DNA of 64,000 nucleotides, taken from Antedon mediterranea. Lineage: Eukaryota > Animalia > Echinodermata. The stretch spans positions 6,340,422 through 6,404,421 of the forward strand of contig NC_092678.1 of NCBI RefSeq assembly GCF_964355755.1. The letters are read 5' to 3'. A program made the position numbers and the translations under genes. The notes beneath the pieces are model-generated. The model had not been told where the DNA came from. It searched no databases and saw only the letters and a list, made by a program, of their open reading frames with translations. Below are positions 11,899 through 24,260 of this stretch, piece after piece. The first letter of the stretch is position 1. Each line of letters begins with the position of its first letter.

Positions 11899-13393
11899 AG
11901 GCTGGTTTCCTGTCGACGTAAGAAGTCGAATTTTGTAACGATTCTTGCGTTTCATACGTTTCTTACGTCTCTTACGTCTCTTACGAAAGTTGAGAAAAAA
12001 TTGACGTCGTTGACGTTAGTCAAGATCGTGTCGGGCCGCAGAAAAACATCTGTAGTTATGCTGCTCCCGAAAGTTGAAATTTTAGCTGTGAAACACACGT
12101 CGTATGCTTACGTCGATTTTAGTGTTGTTACGAAAGTTGAAATTGTTTTCTTACGTCGGTCAGATTTATGACGTATTTGAAACAACATCTCTGATTGGTG
12201 TTTCTTTTTAGAGCGGGTTTTATCATTTTTCGCGCGAAATGTTGAATGATGTTATTGTACCTGTAGCTACTCAGCATCAGTGTCAGTGCAACTCAGCATC
12301 AGTGTCAGTGCAGCACACCAACATATTATTTTTAGTAGATAGGCTAGGCCCTAGTATTAGTAATAATACTTAATTAATACTGTACTAATAGGAATTGATT
12401 TGACCAAAATCTAATCAAACTAGCCTATAAGGAGCCTAGGCTAGTAGGCCTATGTATTATTGTATGAATCAAAATATGAATGAATTATCCTGGCCCTTTA
12501 GGCCTAGCCTTAAATAGTTTTCAAAATTAAAAAAAGGAAAATCATTTCGGGATTCCTATTATTATTAGACCTACCTAGGCCCTAGGCTAGGCCTTGGCCT
12601 ATGGGCCCAGGCATACTCTAATCGAGCATGAGATAGTACTACCGCAGTAAGATACCCATTATTTACAGGCCTATAATAAGAATAAATTTAACAAAACAAT
12701 ATAAATTATACAAAATCAAGCAAACAATTTTTTTTTAAAGTTACATAATAATATTATATTGCTTACAAAGGGGCTTTCTATATCTTATCTTGTTGCAAAT
12801 GTTCATTTTCGTGACGTTTCTACCGATGCTGATTGTTTATTGCACGTCCATAAATAAGAGTATTAGATTTTAATATGAGTTGTAAACTCCCTGATTAGAA
12901 CATTATTAGGCCTATATTGACACTACTGTGCATTTGTAAAGTATGTACAACATCGTAAAGTGGGCTAAAATTATAGTAGTAAATACATACAAATGTTATT
13001 GTCCGGCTTTATTTCACTATAAGGACATACACATTACGTCATAACTCTTGTCGCTCATTGGTTGCTTGTTACGATTGCGCTTACGTCTCTTGCGAAAGTT
13101 GACTTCAAGTCAACTTTCGTAAGAGACGTAAGAAACGTGACGCAAGGGCGTTCATTCAAGCGTAAGATAAAAAATCCCGGTTTCCTGTAAAATCGGAAGA
13201 AAACGTCGTAACGCAACAATTGTTAGGTCATCGGTTTCCTGTAAAATCGTTTGTCGTTACCATTTTTCTTACGTTGCGTCGATCATTGTAAATTTTCGAT
13301 CGTAATCGGTTTCCTGTAAAATCCGCATTTCTTACGACAAATCGACGTAGTCGCAACAAAAGTGATGTTCTTACGTCGACAGGAAACCAGCCT
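11899..13393. mobile_element. 1495-bp non-autonomous PIF/Harbinger-like transposon
   Basis: Perfect 26-bp TIR AGGCTGGTTTCCTGTCGACGTAAGAA. TAA duplication at 11896-11898 and 13394-13396. CpG-rich subterminal repeats, AT-rich interior, no ORF. Confidence 0.92.
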
Positions 13394-14519
13394 TAAGGCC
13401 TTATATGATAGCATAACAGCACGTAGGCCTACAGTACTGTTGATAACACATGATAGGTCTAAAAAAAAGTTATTTTATTGTCCATATGTACTATGATGAT
13501 TCATTTCAAACACAAACACTTTTTAATGATGTGGATTACTTTCAAAGCTTGTGACCAAAAGCTATCAACATTAACAAAAATCCCTGACCGATATAATAGT
13601 ATCATCTAAAGGCATTTAAAATATAGTAAAGCAGGATTTTATTATTAAAGGGGACAACAATTGTTCAAGCAACTGACAATAATACATTATGAATTCAAAG
13701 TCTATCTTTAATTGGCTCCAATTATTGGATCAAAAACTAACTACACCCCTGACCGATATAGCATCAATTAAAGGTATTCAAAAAGAAAATTGTATTAGCC
13801 TACATAATATATAAACATAGTACGTACTATTGAATGCCATGTGACCCCACAACCATCCAATCAAATTTACAGGAATTTATTTAGGTGTAATTGCAATAAA
13901 TATTTACATCACAAAATATAAACAGTAGTTAGCTATTGAAGTCTTGTCTTGAGCTGTTATTATCACTCTTTTTGCTTACCGTAAGTCAAGATATGAACTG
14001 CTTAAGTGAAAAACTGGTTTATTAATATCAAACTCGTTCTATCTCAGGAAATAGACTTTGTCATCTAATTTGTTTTGGGTGTTTTGAAAACAGACTTAAG
14101 CAAAATGATTAACTTAGTTCCTGCATGGTGAAATAACCTAACTTGAATACAGTGAATTAATAATGATAATATTATTAATACTGTTAGTTACTGTTATGTT
14201 TAGATGATGTAGAATTTTCCTTGGTTCGATGATCTATAGTCTGTCGGCTTCAGATTGTGTTTACTGGACATTGTGGCACCACTTATTTTTGTATAATTGA
14301 CTAATTGATGGTGTTTTCCTTCTTTGTGAACGCATTGTAAATATAACATAACATATTGAAAATGTCATTTGTTAAGGATTACCTATTGTATATCAAATAA
14401 CCCAGTTTTCTGACAATTAATGATTTTTGATTATACAGTAGGCTATTTGTAATGTTGTATCTGATGTGATATTTCGCATTTCAATTAATTTTTTCTAATT
14501 TCATCTATCTGTTTATCAT

Positions 14520-15045
14520 TACTGCAGTAGAATAATTTGTTACTGAAGTAACTGCATTAATTTTTTACTGTATTGCAGAAAGGATTTTATCTAATTTCAA
14601 TGTAGAAGTTTATAAGGCAGGTAGGCCTATGTAAAGATGAATTGGGAAAAGCTTGCTAATTATTGCATAAAGAGTAAACAAAATGCAGAATACTGCAGTA
14701 GAATAATCTGTTACTGAAGTAACTACTATACATTTATTTTTACTGCAGTGCAGTAATTTAGGATTTTATTCAAATTTCAATGTAGAAGTTTATGAGGCAG
14801 GTATAGTAATAGTATATGTATAATCTGTTAACTATTAAAAGTACTGTAACTACATTTAATTTTACTGCAGTGCAGTAAAGTAGGATTTTAATTTATTCTC
14901 TTCAATGTTAATGTTTATAGTTTATAAGGCAGGCATAATATATATATATTATACAATTAAACTATATGCGTGATGAATGAATTAAACAAGTAAACAAAAT
15001 GAAGTTACTGCAGTAACTGCAGTAGAATAATGTTATGATTCCTTA
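14520..15045. repeat. Degenerate tandem array built from MITE family C sequence
   Basis: Three units sharing TAAT(C/T)TGTTA...TTTACTG...GGATTTTA...TTCAATG...TTTAT(A/G)AGGCAGG, ending in ACTGCAGTAACTGCAGTAGAATAA. Confidence 0.7.
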
Positions 15046-16215
15046 TTCTATACTACTTTAAGTGTTTAGGTATATAGAATGGTAAATCCCTTTATCTTCT
15101 TTTCTAGATTGACGTTAATTTATGAAGTAAGCCCTCCCAGCATGGAGAACTACATTAAAAAGGCAACAACTTTTATCCATTAATATTCAATAAGCTCTTT
15201 TCAAAGGCTCCATGCTGGGGTGTGTATTGTGTATTATGTTATGTACATGTACAACCTGTGTGAATTGTCAGCTGTTAGTTAATTAAGTCTATAAATCAAG
15301 TCAACAAATGTGTCTATGAACATAAACATTAATATTTAATGTTTTACTGTCACTGTGTATTTAGATAATTTGTAACAGGTCAGGTGGTACAATCATAGAA
15401 TTAATTGGAGCAAAGAATTTACCTTGCTTTTTGAAGTTACAGAACTTTTTAAAATGTGGTTTTCAACTTCTCTATTCATTCGAAACAAGTAATTGAGGAA
15501 AAAATTGAATTCACCACGTCATAATATGTAATTTGTTTTGGGGGTGGGGGAAAGATGTAATGTAGTCAGTTAAGGCAGGGACGCTGCAAACCATACTATT
15601 ACTAATACAATCATGGAGTGAAATCAACAAAGGTTTCTGGTAAAGGACTTAAAAACTGGAGGTTCAATGTGTATATCTGACCTGTGTGCAGTTTAAATAA
15701 CCAAGTGCATCTTTTGGAAAAGTAGAGTCACCCTTCGGTACTGGTCTGTCTCAGCCTATTGTTTGTGGTAGGCACCGCACTGCGACTACCACAAACTTAT
15801 TTTGAGGATGCATATTTTACAAATTCTAAGGCAGAGTTGCAAAAGTTGCAGAGGCAAGTTTCAGAGGAAGGGGTGTGTGGTTATTACCCTGAGCTCACTT
15901 GTGGAAAAAAGGCCTTTTACTACTTTCTGGGTGACATCTTGGTTGTCACTGTGAACATACTGTACAGTAATCTAAAATAATGTCTGCTTAACTGCAGAAT
16001 GTCAATACCATTTTACTATGGAACTTCAACACATACGTACAAAAATAAAGATGCGCTGTACAATAATTGATGTTGAAACTTCTGTTAACCATGTCAATGT
16101 CAAGGTCAAGGTCATTGTCAATTTCTGTCACTTTCATTGATTAGGTATTTTTAATTGATTGGTATGGATATTTAGGTCAAGAACACAATTGACTCAGCCA
16201 TTATGTAATGCATTA

Positions 16216-16374
16216 AGCTTTGTCTACACTATCAAACTTTATGTGACAACAAAATGGAATGAGCCCATATTATATATGGACATGAATAATGTCATATCAC
16301 TACTACTATATTTGGGAATATCACTACTATATTTGGACACATCAAACTTTTTTGTCAAACTAGTTTGATAGTGT
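16216..16374 (+). mobile_element. MITE family A copy
   Basis: TTA|AGCTTTGTCTACACTATCAAACT ... TCAAACTAGTTTGATAGTGT; internal 21-bp units. Confidence 0.85.
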
Positions 16375-17202
16375 TATAAATGCCCCACCACAAGCATACT
16401 TACTATATACATACAATATTGTATTAAAACATATTGCACGTTGTAGTAGAATTCATTGATTGACATGATCTACAATTTACCAATCATTTTGATATAATTT
16501 TTACTGTATTTTATCACTTCTTCTTCTTGTTTTTTTTCATGCAGTATCTAGTGGATATTTATTTGATTATGTTGCCATATTACACCCAAAAAAATAAATG
16601 CCTCCCCGAATGAATGCCTCCATTTTATTTATTCAAATAAATATGGTAAATTTACTATTATACAAAATACAATGGGCTTTATTCTATGATTTATGTAAAT
16701 TTATTATGGCTTTTAATATGTCAATATTTACTTATTAGGATGGCTGATAAATCCTGTTTATTTTCTATTAGTATTAGTAATAGTATTTAAACTACTGTAT
16801 TAATACTGTCAATATTGTGAGTACAATACAATGACTGAATAAAGTTTGTGGTAGGAAATTGTAAATAGGTTTGTTAAGTTTATTTCTTACCCATATGCCA
16901 GCCTGCACTACAAAGTTGTATATAAAATAGTGTCTAGTATTGTTAAAGATTGTCCCACTGAATAATTTTAGCTTTGTTGAGCCATTTCAATGTATTGTCA
17001 CTTTTTATGGAATTGGAAGTTCTTGAACTTATTTAGTGCAGACGATCTTTTAAATCTAGGTCATTCATATTCCTACAGTAAGATTTCTATCCATCAGGAT
17101 TAATTAAACAACATACAGAACTAATCAGGCAACCTAAACAACATGACTAATAAAATTACATGTAAAATTTAACAACATCCAGTTTTATAGAAGTTATACT
17201 AA

Positions 17203-17334
17203 AGCCTTGTCTACCCTATCAAACTTTATGTGACCAAAAAAATGTGCCCATATATGGATGTGATGATGTCATATCACCATATTTGGCCATATCACTACCA
17301 TATTTAGACACATCAAACTAGTTTGATACTGTAG
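17203..17334 (+). mobile_element. MITE family A copy, degenerate
   Basis: AGCCTTGTCTACCCTATCAAACT ... TCAAACTAGTTTGATA. Confidence 0.8.
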
Positions 17335-17717
17335 TTATTAAACCATGTGTCTGCTGCCCTCAATAGTGATATCAGATTGTTGAGTTAATGAGTAACCAAG
17401 CAAGGCTTGTCAAAGACACAGTTGGAGTTGGCCAGAACACAACACGTTGGAATTTACATCTCTTTGAACAATATACTGTGACAATACGACCGGTACTGTG
17501 TATTATATTATTAGGATCATTTCATTTTGGATACATTTTAAGGATATTTCTGTCTTGTCAGGTAAGTGTTATTTGAACGTGTTTTTTGAACATTGATAAT
17601 TCAGTGGTGTTGGATGAATGGTTTTAATATATTCTATAGGATGGAGAATATTATTCATGTACACGTTGAAATGCTAATGAGAGGAAAATGAAGCAATAGT
17701 GCCAGTCAGTGCTGTGT

Positions 17718-18190
17718 TACTATTGAACATAGCAATGTACTATTGAACATAGCAATGTACTATTGAACATAGCAATGTACTATTGAACATAGATATGTAC
17801 TATTGAACATAGCAATAAACCACTAGGAATGTTAATAGATGGAGTAGTGAGAAATAATGAAAAAGGGTTGTTGACCTGATGGTCAGAGTGTTACATTAGT
17901 ATATAACAATGTACTGTTAAACATAGCATGTAGTAATATATTATTGAACATACTGTAGGTGATGTTCAATACTATTTAACACAAACATAGTGATGTTTTA
18001 TTCAACATATAGTGATATTACTGAACATAGTCACAGTGATCTTGAACATAATGATGTATATTATTGAACATAGTAATGTATTTTAATTGATCATAGTGAT
18101 GTATTGAACATAGTGATGTATTGAACATACAGTAGTGATGTAGTGAACATAGTGATGTATTGAACATAGTGATGTATTGAACATAGTGAT
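17718..18190. repeat. Minisatellite region (20-bp and 17-bp units sharing ATTGAACATAG)
   Basis: (ACTATTGAACATAGCAATGT)x5 at 17718-17816; degenerate middle; (GTATTGAACATAGTGAT)n at ~18090-18190. Confidence 0.9.
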
Positions 18191-18311
18191 GACCTCTCTG
18201 TTCAATATTTGTAATTTATAATTTAATTAGGCTGTTTTTAGTTATAGGTAAATTATATAGTGCTTCAGTACAATGACCCATCTACATTAATATTGCGGAT
18301 ACATTTCTATT

Positions 18312-18549
18312 CTTTACAATACAGTTGGCAGTCAGCAATTTTGAAGGCTATAGTGTTATATTAAAATAGTTTTATAGTTAATATTACCGTATACTGTTAA
18401 TAATAATATGTTGGTTTTTATAAAGCCGGTATTAGACTTTACAATACAGTGGCAGTCAGGAATTTTGAAATAGGAGGCTAGTGTTATATTAAAATAGTTT
18501 TATAGTTAATATTATACTGTTAATAATAATATGTTGGTTTTTATAAAGC
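18312..18549. repeat. ~125-bp tandem duplication
   Basis: CTTTACAATACAGT..GGCAGTCAG...ATGTTGGTTTTTATAAAGC occurs twice. Confidence 0.9.
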
Positions 18550-19589
18550 TAAAACTCGACAGCTTTTTTAGTTTTATCTTTTTTATAAACATCATATCAG
18601 GAGTTTTGTTACTATTCTTTTGATTCAAGGTCCAAACTTATATTGGATTGTGTTAATATTACACAGGCTTTTTTAATACACCCTTACAAATGTATACAAC
18701 CTCTAGCAGATGACATTAATATATACTAATAATACTGTTAGCTCTGATATTAAAACAAAACCCTTCATATATTGAACCTTCTAATCTTGTAGCTTAAAAC
18801 CCTATACAAAGTATGGTAATAATATTGTAAAATCCTTCGATTATTATCATAAACTTGTGTATATAATCAACAACAAGTTTGTCGTCATTACTATCTAATG
18901 GATGTTTTCATTACAAATATAAAAACTGTCCAATACCTCATTAAATATTCTCCAATTTTTTTTCTGTTTATAATGGAGAGGATGATGATTGAAGAAATAA
19001 TTATGCTCTTGCGTTAATTTCTTTTCCATGGCAACTAATAACGTGCTGTCTTTCTATCGTATTTTCTGTCTCTGTATATTGATTAATAAACATGTTGTTT
19101 TAACAATATCGTATTGATGAATACGGTAATAATGTTGTAATATTCTAATACAAATACAATTATAATACACTTAAAAGTAGCCTTGTGAAATATATTCTTG
19201 TAAATTTGTTTTTTATTTTATACCACATTTCTGTGTAATTGTTTTTACCACTGTTTATGTCAAAACTGGATATTTCTCACAGGGGGTAGCCAAAAAAATG
19301 AAATTGTTTATAAAGTGAGCCACCGAAGGTCGTTCAACTTTTGTGTCATAAGCCCATGGGGCAGTATTATGTCTCTAGTGTGCATTATTATACTGTATAC
19401 AATGATTTTAATGACATACAGTACAGTTTGTGGTATTTAGGTAATGAAAATCTATGTATAAGCAGTGAGAAATTATGTGGGAGTTTGTCCAAAATGCGCT
19501 CAAGCATAAAGTCCACTAATTGGTTATGAGGTATGAATATTTCACTATCATGGTAAGGAAAATATGCAAAAAGAGCACCTCATTATATA

Positions 19590-19730
19590 CATCCTTATTC
19601 AAGGGACACCCCTAGGGCACACCCCTATTCAAGGGACACCCCTATGGCACACACCTGTTCAAGGGAAACCCCTAGGGCACACACCTGTTCAGGGGACACC
19701 CCTATGGCACACCCCTATTCAAGGGACACC
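19590..19730. repeat. 30-bp minisatellite derived from MITE family B
   Basis: About 4.5 units of CCT(A/G)TTCAAGGGACACCCCTA(G/T)GGCACAC. Confidence 0.9.
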
Positions 19731-20765
19731 GAATCGATCTATATCGATTTGTTATAATATAACTTAGGCCATCCACTATTCAGCGAACACCTATATTTTC
19801 ATGAAGATCAAAAGGTGTCTAATAATATTATAATAATATTTATTCATGACATCATAACTCATAACTTTATTTATATTCATATCAATATAAATTTATTATT
19901 TCCAGTCTACATTTTCCAAACAGGCAATAATAATTTAATATTCAAACAGGGGTGTGTTTAGTACCTTTGTTGGATGTCCTGTACAAATGTTTACGACCAA
20001 AGTACACAATAGTTTGATTTACCTTTAAATATAAATAACAATGTGTTAGATTGTTAAGTAATCTGATTGTAATCAATTTTGTATTCTTTATACATTGATA
20101 CCTGGCACTGGCAGTAAAGGTATACATACTTACATTTTAATTACTTAAAAGAGAAAACTTTATTTCTATAAAAAAGCACTGAATTTTTCTTCCTTTATTC
20201 GATAATATTGATAATAGAAATAATATTTGTTTGCCAAATTTGGAGTACAGTACAATTGAAACAAGTTAATTAAATGAATAAGACAATCATAACAAATGAA
20301 CTATATTAATTTAAATTAACATAGTAAAACTGTATTCTTGCCATTTTACTATAAACTTAACCAATAAAAAAAAAACAATACTGCATTTAACATTGACATT
20401 TCCAATTATTTTGGGTCTGGGTTTGTTAAATTTTACTATTAATAATCGGATAATAACGCAATATATGATGACATATTCACGTCTACTGTAGTACTTAACT
20501 ATATTTAAAAATGCGTCCTAGTCGCCAACTAAACATTGCATTTTAAACCTACTGTAGTACCAATTGTACTTAACCAATTAAATATATAAGATTTAGAATT
20601 TAATTTGTTAAGAAAAATATAATAGGTACTGTATGGGTATATTAATCATACAGCGACTGATTATTATTATTAATATCTTAAAAAATTTACCGGAGAAATT
20701 ATTGCTATTTTTAATTTGTATACAATAATTAAATTAATATACATAAAATTTAAATATAACGCTAA

Positions 20766-20916
20766 AGCTCAGTTTACACTATCATTCAAACTAGTTTGAC
20801 AAAAAAGTGTGATGAGCTCAAATATGGTAGTGATATACTCAAATATGGTAGTGTTATGACATCATCGTGTCCATATATGGGTACATTACAGCTAGTTTGA
20901 TAGTGTAGACAGAGCT
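20766..20916 (-). mobile_element. MITE family A copy, reverse orientation
   Basis: Both TIRs present; internal units read AAATATGGTAGTGATAT. Confidence 0.85.
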
Positions 20917-22776
20917 CTAGTAATATCTGAATATGTTGAGATTTGTCATTACCAATTTATTGGATCTAGCCTAATCCTCAATTATAACTTTAACCAGTAA
21001 TGATATGCAATATTTTGTAGTATTAGTTGAGAAAACAAATTAACGTTTATAATTGGATTGGGCTGCACTTACTGATGTCTGGGTATCAATATAATTAAAT
21101 AATATATACTAAATGTTAAGGTGTGTTAATATGGCTGTACATAATGGTAAAATGTATCTTGTTTCTTATTCCATTTCGACATGAAAACATGTTCATACAA
21201 TTTATTCTAAGGTGTTAAATTAAAAAAAAGTTAAATAATTGATTAAAAAATATTCAAAATACATGAATCAAAAAAATATTGATATAAATAGCATTTATAG
21301 AAATTTAGTTATTTGTCATACTGTAGTAACAGCAATATAGGAAGCTATTTATTTAACTATCAATGGTTTCATCAGACAAATTTGCATAATAATTATATGC
21401 ATGAGTGACTTCAATAGACCCATGAGTCATTTGGTCCTCAGTAGTCTAAATAGCCAGGTAAACACATTATCAATAAAATGTATACCTCTTTATTATTAAT
21501 GCATCCGACACTACAGTCAAATAAAACAATAATACCACCTGCATGTCCTTGCTCACCTGTGAAGGAACCAGCCTACTGACACCTGAATATTCCAGGTGTC
21601 ATATTATACTCCCATTATTATTGGTTCTGTTGATTAATTTCTATTAGCATAGCATACTGTTTGACCCAGTTCAGTTGTAATTGATTTTATTTAATTGATA
21701 TGGATGAGACGTTCTATAGTATGTTAAATAGCACAGTAATTGTATACTGCAATACATGTCCTGCCGTTTTCGTCTTGTAATAGTGGTGTTCCAACCTTGT
21801 AAGAATTTCTGGTACTTACTATAATGATATGAACTAAAATGATCAGAATACAACTGATTCTCTGTGCTACTGTAATCTAAAGTCATCAGTATCATAGGCA
21901 AATACTGTGATACAGCATCTCATGTGTTGCACATGTATCATAGACCCTAACCTATAACACTTGCATGATATAGGCACCACATGTGATATACATGTGATGC
22001 TGTATTATGGCATTTGCTATGATACTGAGCAAATATGTATGTCTGATAAGTAAGCATGTTATTGTTACCAATTCTATAGTGCCAATAGTATTACAGTAAA
22101 ATATTAAAATGTTCTTATTGGAAACTGTACCAGCTCCTCGATAATGTGTCTTCGAATTAAACTTATTGTATTATTTATTGACAACATTGTTTAAATATTA
22201 ATTTTGTTGCTCATTCATTGCAAAATATAATCCTGTCTAAATGACGTCTGTACCTAGTCATGTTAATAATAGTGCTACAGTATGTACACACAGCACCCCC
22301 ACCATCTTGTACTCTAGACTCTGTTTAACCCAGTATAATTGATTTTATTTAACAGTATTTATTTAGTGTCATCGATAAGAGACAGTGTTCTCGCTACGCA
22401 GCATGGCAAGCTAGCCCCCGGCTGTTTGGGCAATGGGTTTTAGGCTTAAGGGCTAGATGAATGAAATAGCCCTCACATCATGTTCAGATAATATAGGCAT
22501 TTGTCATCGATTAGTGACGCAAGATTATTAGTGATGTATTACAAGTATATTTGAATGAAGTGTTCTTACAGTTTAGAATGTTGTTCTTGCTAAGGTTAGA
22601 ATAATATGTGAAAAGATCAAAATGATATGGAGTACTTTAATGTTATTTCAGTCTAAGTAAGTCGTGTATGTTAAAAGATGTTGTATGGCATAATTTTAAT
22701 GAATGTGTTTAATAATAATTCAGTAACAAGTATTGGAAGTTGTATAGCTTGCACAAGGAATTAGTTTTGTTTATAA

Positions 22777-22932
22777 AGCTCTGTCTACACTATTAAACTT
22801 TATGTGACAAAAAATGGGATGTGCCCATGTATGGACATATGTCATATCATTACCATAGTTGGGCATATCACTACCATATTTGGGCTCATCACACTTTTTT
22901 TGTCAAACTAGTTTGATAGTGTAGACAGAGAT
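22777..22932 (+). mobile_element. MITE family A copy, full length
   Basis: TAA|AGCTCTGTCTACACTATTAAACT ... AGTTTGATAGTGTAGACAGAGAT|TAA. Confidence 0.9.
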
Positions 22933-24142
22933 TAACACACCTAAGTGAAAAGTTATTCCATATATAGGATACATGTGTGATACATTTTTTTGGAAGTTTG
23001 CACTATAGGCCTATAAATGTTTTATTATGATTGTAAAATCTGTAAAAATAGTTTGTAAAACGTTTTAAATTTAATTCATAATTTATTCAATATAGGTAAT
23101 AATTGTTATAATAAATAGAACCTACAATATTTATAAATAATGAAATTTAAACAGTAAATTTTTAAAATCCTAATTGCGGTTCTTGGCCTGGAATTTTTTA
23201 AAAGATAATTAATAACCGCAACAAAAATTCTGCTCAGTTGGTGTCCAGTGCTTTAAGTATGCACTCTACAAAACTGCTATCAATTATGTGGAGTTGAATC
23301 GCAAAGTTCATTTTTGTTAAAACATTAAAAACGAAGGAGAAAGCGAAAGTGCATTATATATTATCCACTTTTATCTTATAAGTTATAATGTTAAATTACC
23401 TTGCCAAGTGTAGTAATATATCTTCGGCAGAAATACCTGTTCACTTATTTCTCAAGTGTTAGCATTTGGTATTTTATTTCATCAAGTAAATGTAATGATC
23501 CTCTCGTGGAATTGTCAGATGCGACAGGTTTTGGAAAATTCGGATTGTAGTAAAGTTTATTATTACATGTCCGTAAGAAGACTTGATAAATTAAGACGTT
23601 TCAAATTATTTATTATTAGTAGAGAAATCATCGGTAAGCTTGGCGGCATGTGGTGGTTAATAAACTAGTTGATTATATATTTGCAGCTAATTCTGCTGTA
23701 TCTCCACATTTTATGGTAATATTTATGCAGTATTATAGGAAAATTCCATGATACAGCATGGTATATCACATATGATGCCTGTATCATGTTAAGTAATGTA
23801 CAGTATCTTCACATGATAATTATTATTCAGTATCATTCATAGGCAAATTCTATAATGCAGGCATCACGTGGAGCTATGTTACAGCTTTGACATGTTATCC
23901 AGTATTGTAGGCAAATTCCATGATACAGCATGTATTACATATGATACCTGTATCATGTTAAGTCATGTATCTTCACATTGATAATTATTAAGTATCTTCC
24001 ATAATTTTCATAATACAGCGTCTCATGTGTTGCCTGTATTATATTGTTATTGAAGGCTAATACAGCAATCACATTAATTTGATCCGATTTATATCCGCAT
24101 AGATAATTTTGAAAAGACATTTTTTGCATGCAGATTTCATCA

Positions 24143-24260
24143 GACTACAGTTCTGGTGGTAGAACAAGTATTGTTGTATTTGGACTGTAAACTGTAGGTC
24201 CAGAATACACTGTTTGCCTGTGTGCACTTTAAAGAACCTAGTTCATCATTCAAGACAGTA
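24143..24260 (+). mobile_element. Deu/Nin-like SINE internal fragment
   Basis: GTTCTGGTGGTAGAACAAGT...GTAGGTCCAG...GTGTGCACTTTAAAGAACCTAGT matches the 7503-7797 and 28421-28600 copies. Confidence 0.65.

Noticed and set aside
15136-15219. 12-bp inverted repeat CCCAGCATGGAG / CTCCATGCTGGG
   Set aside because: No TSD and no second copy in the window; cannot be classified.
17718-18190. CRISPR-like appearance of regular short repeats (also 19590, 48130, 51900)
   Set aside because: Units are head-to-tail with no unique spacers, there are no cas genes, and the context is eukaryotic.
19564-19767. ORF with (QGTPLGHTPI)n repeats
   Set aside because: Product of the 30-bp minisatellite.
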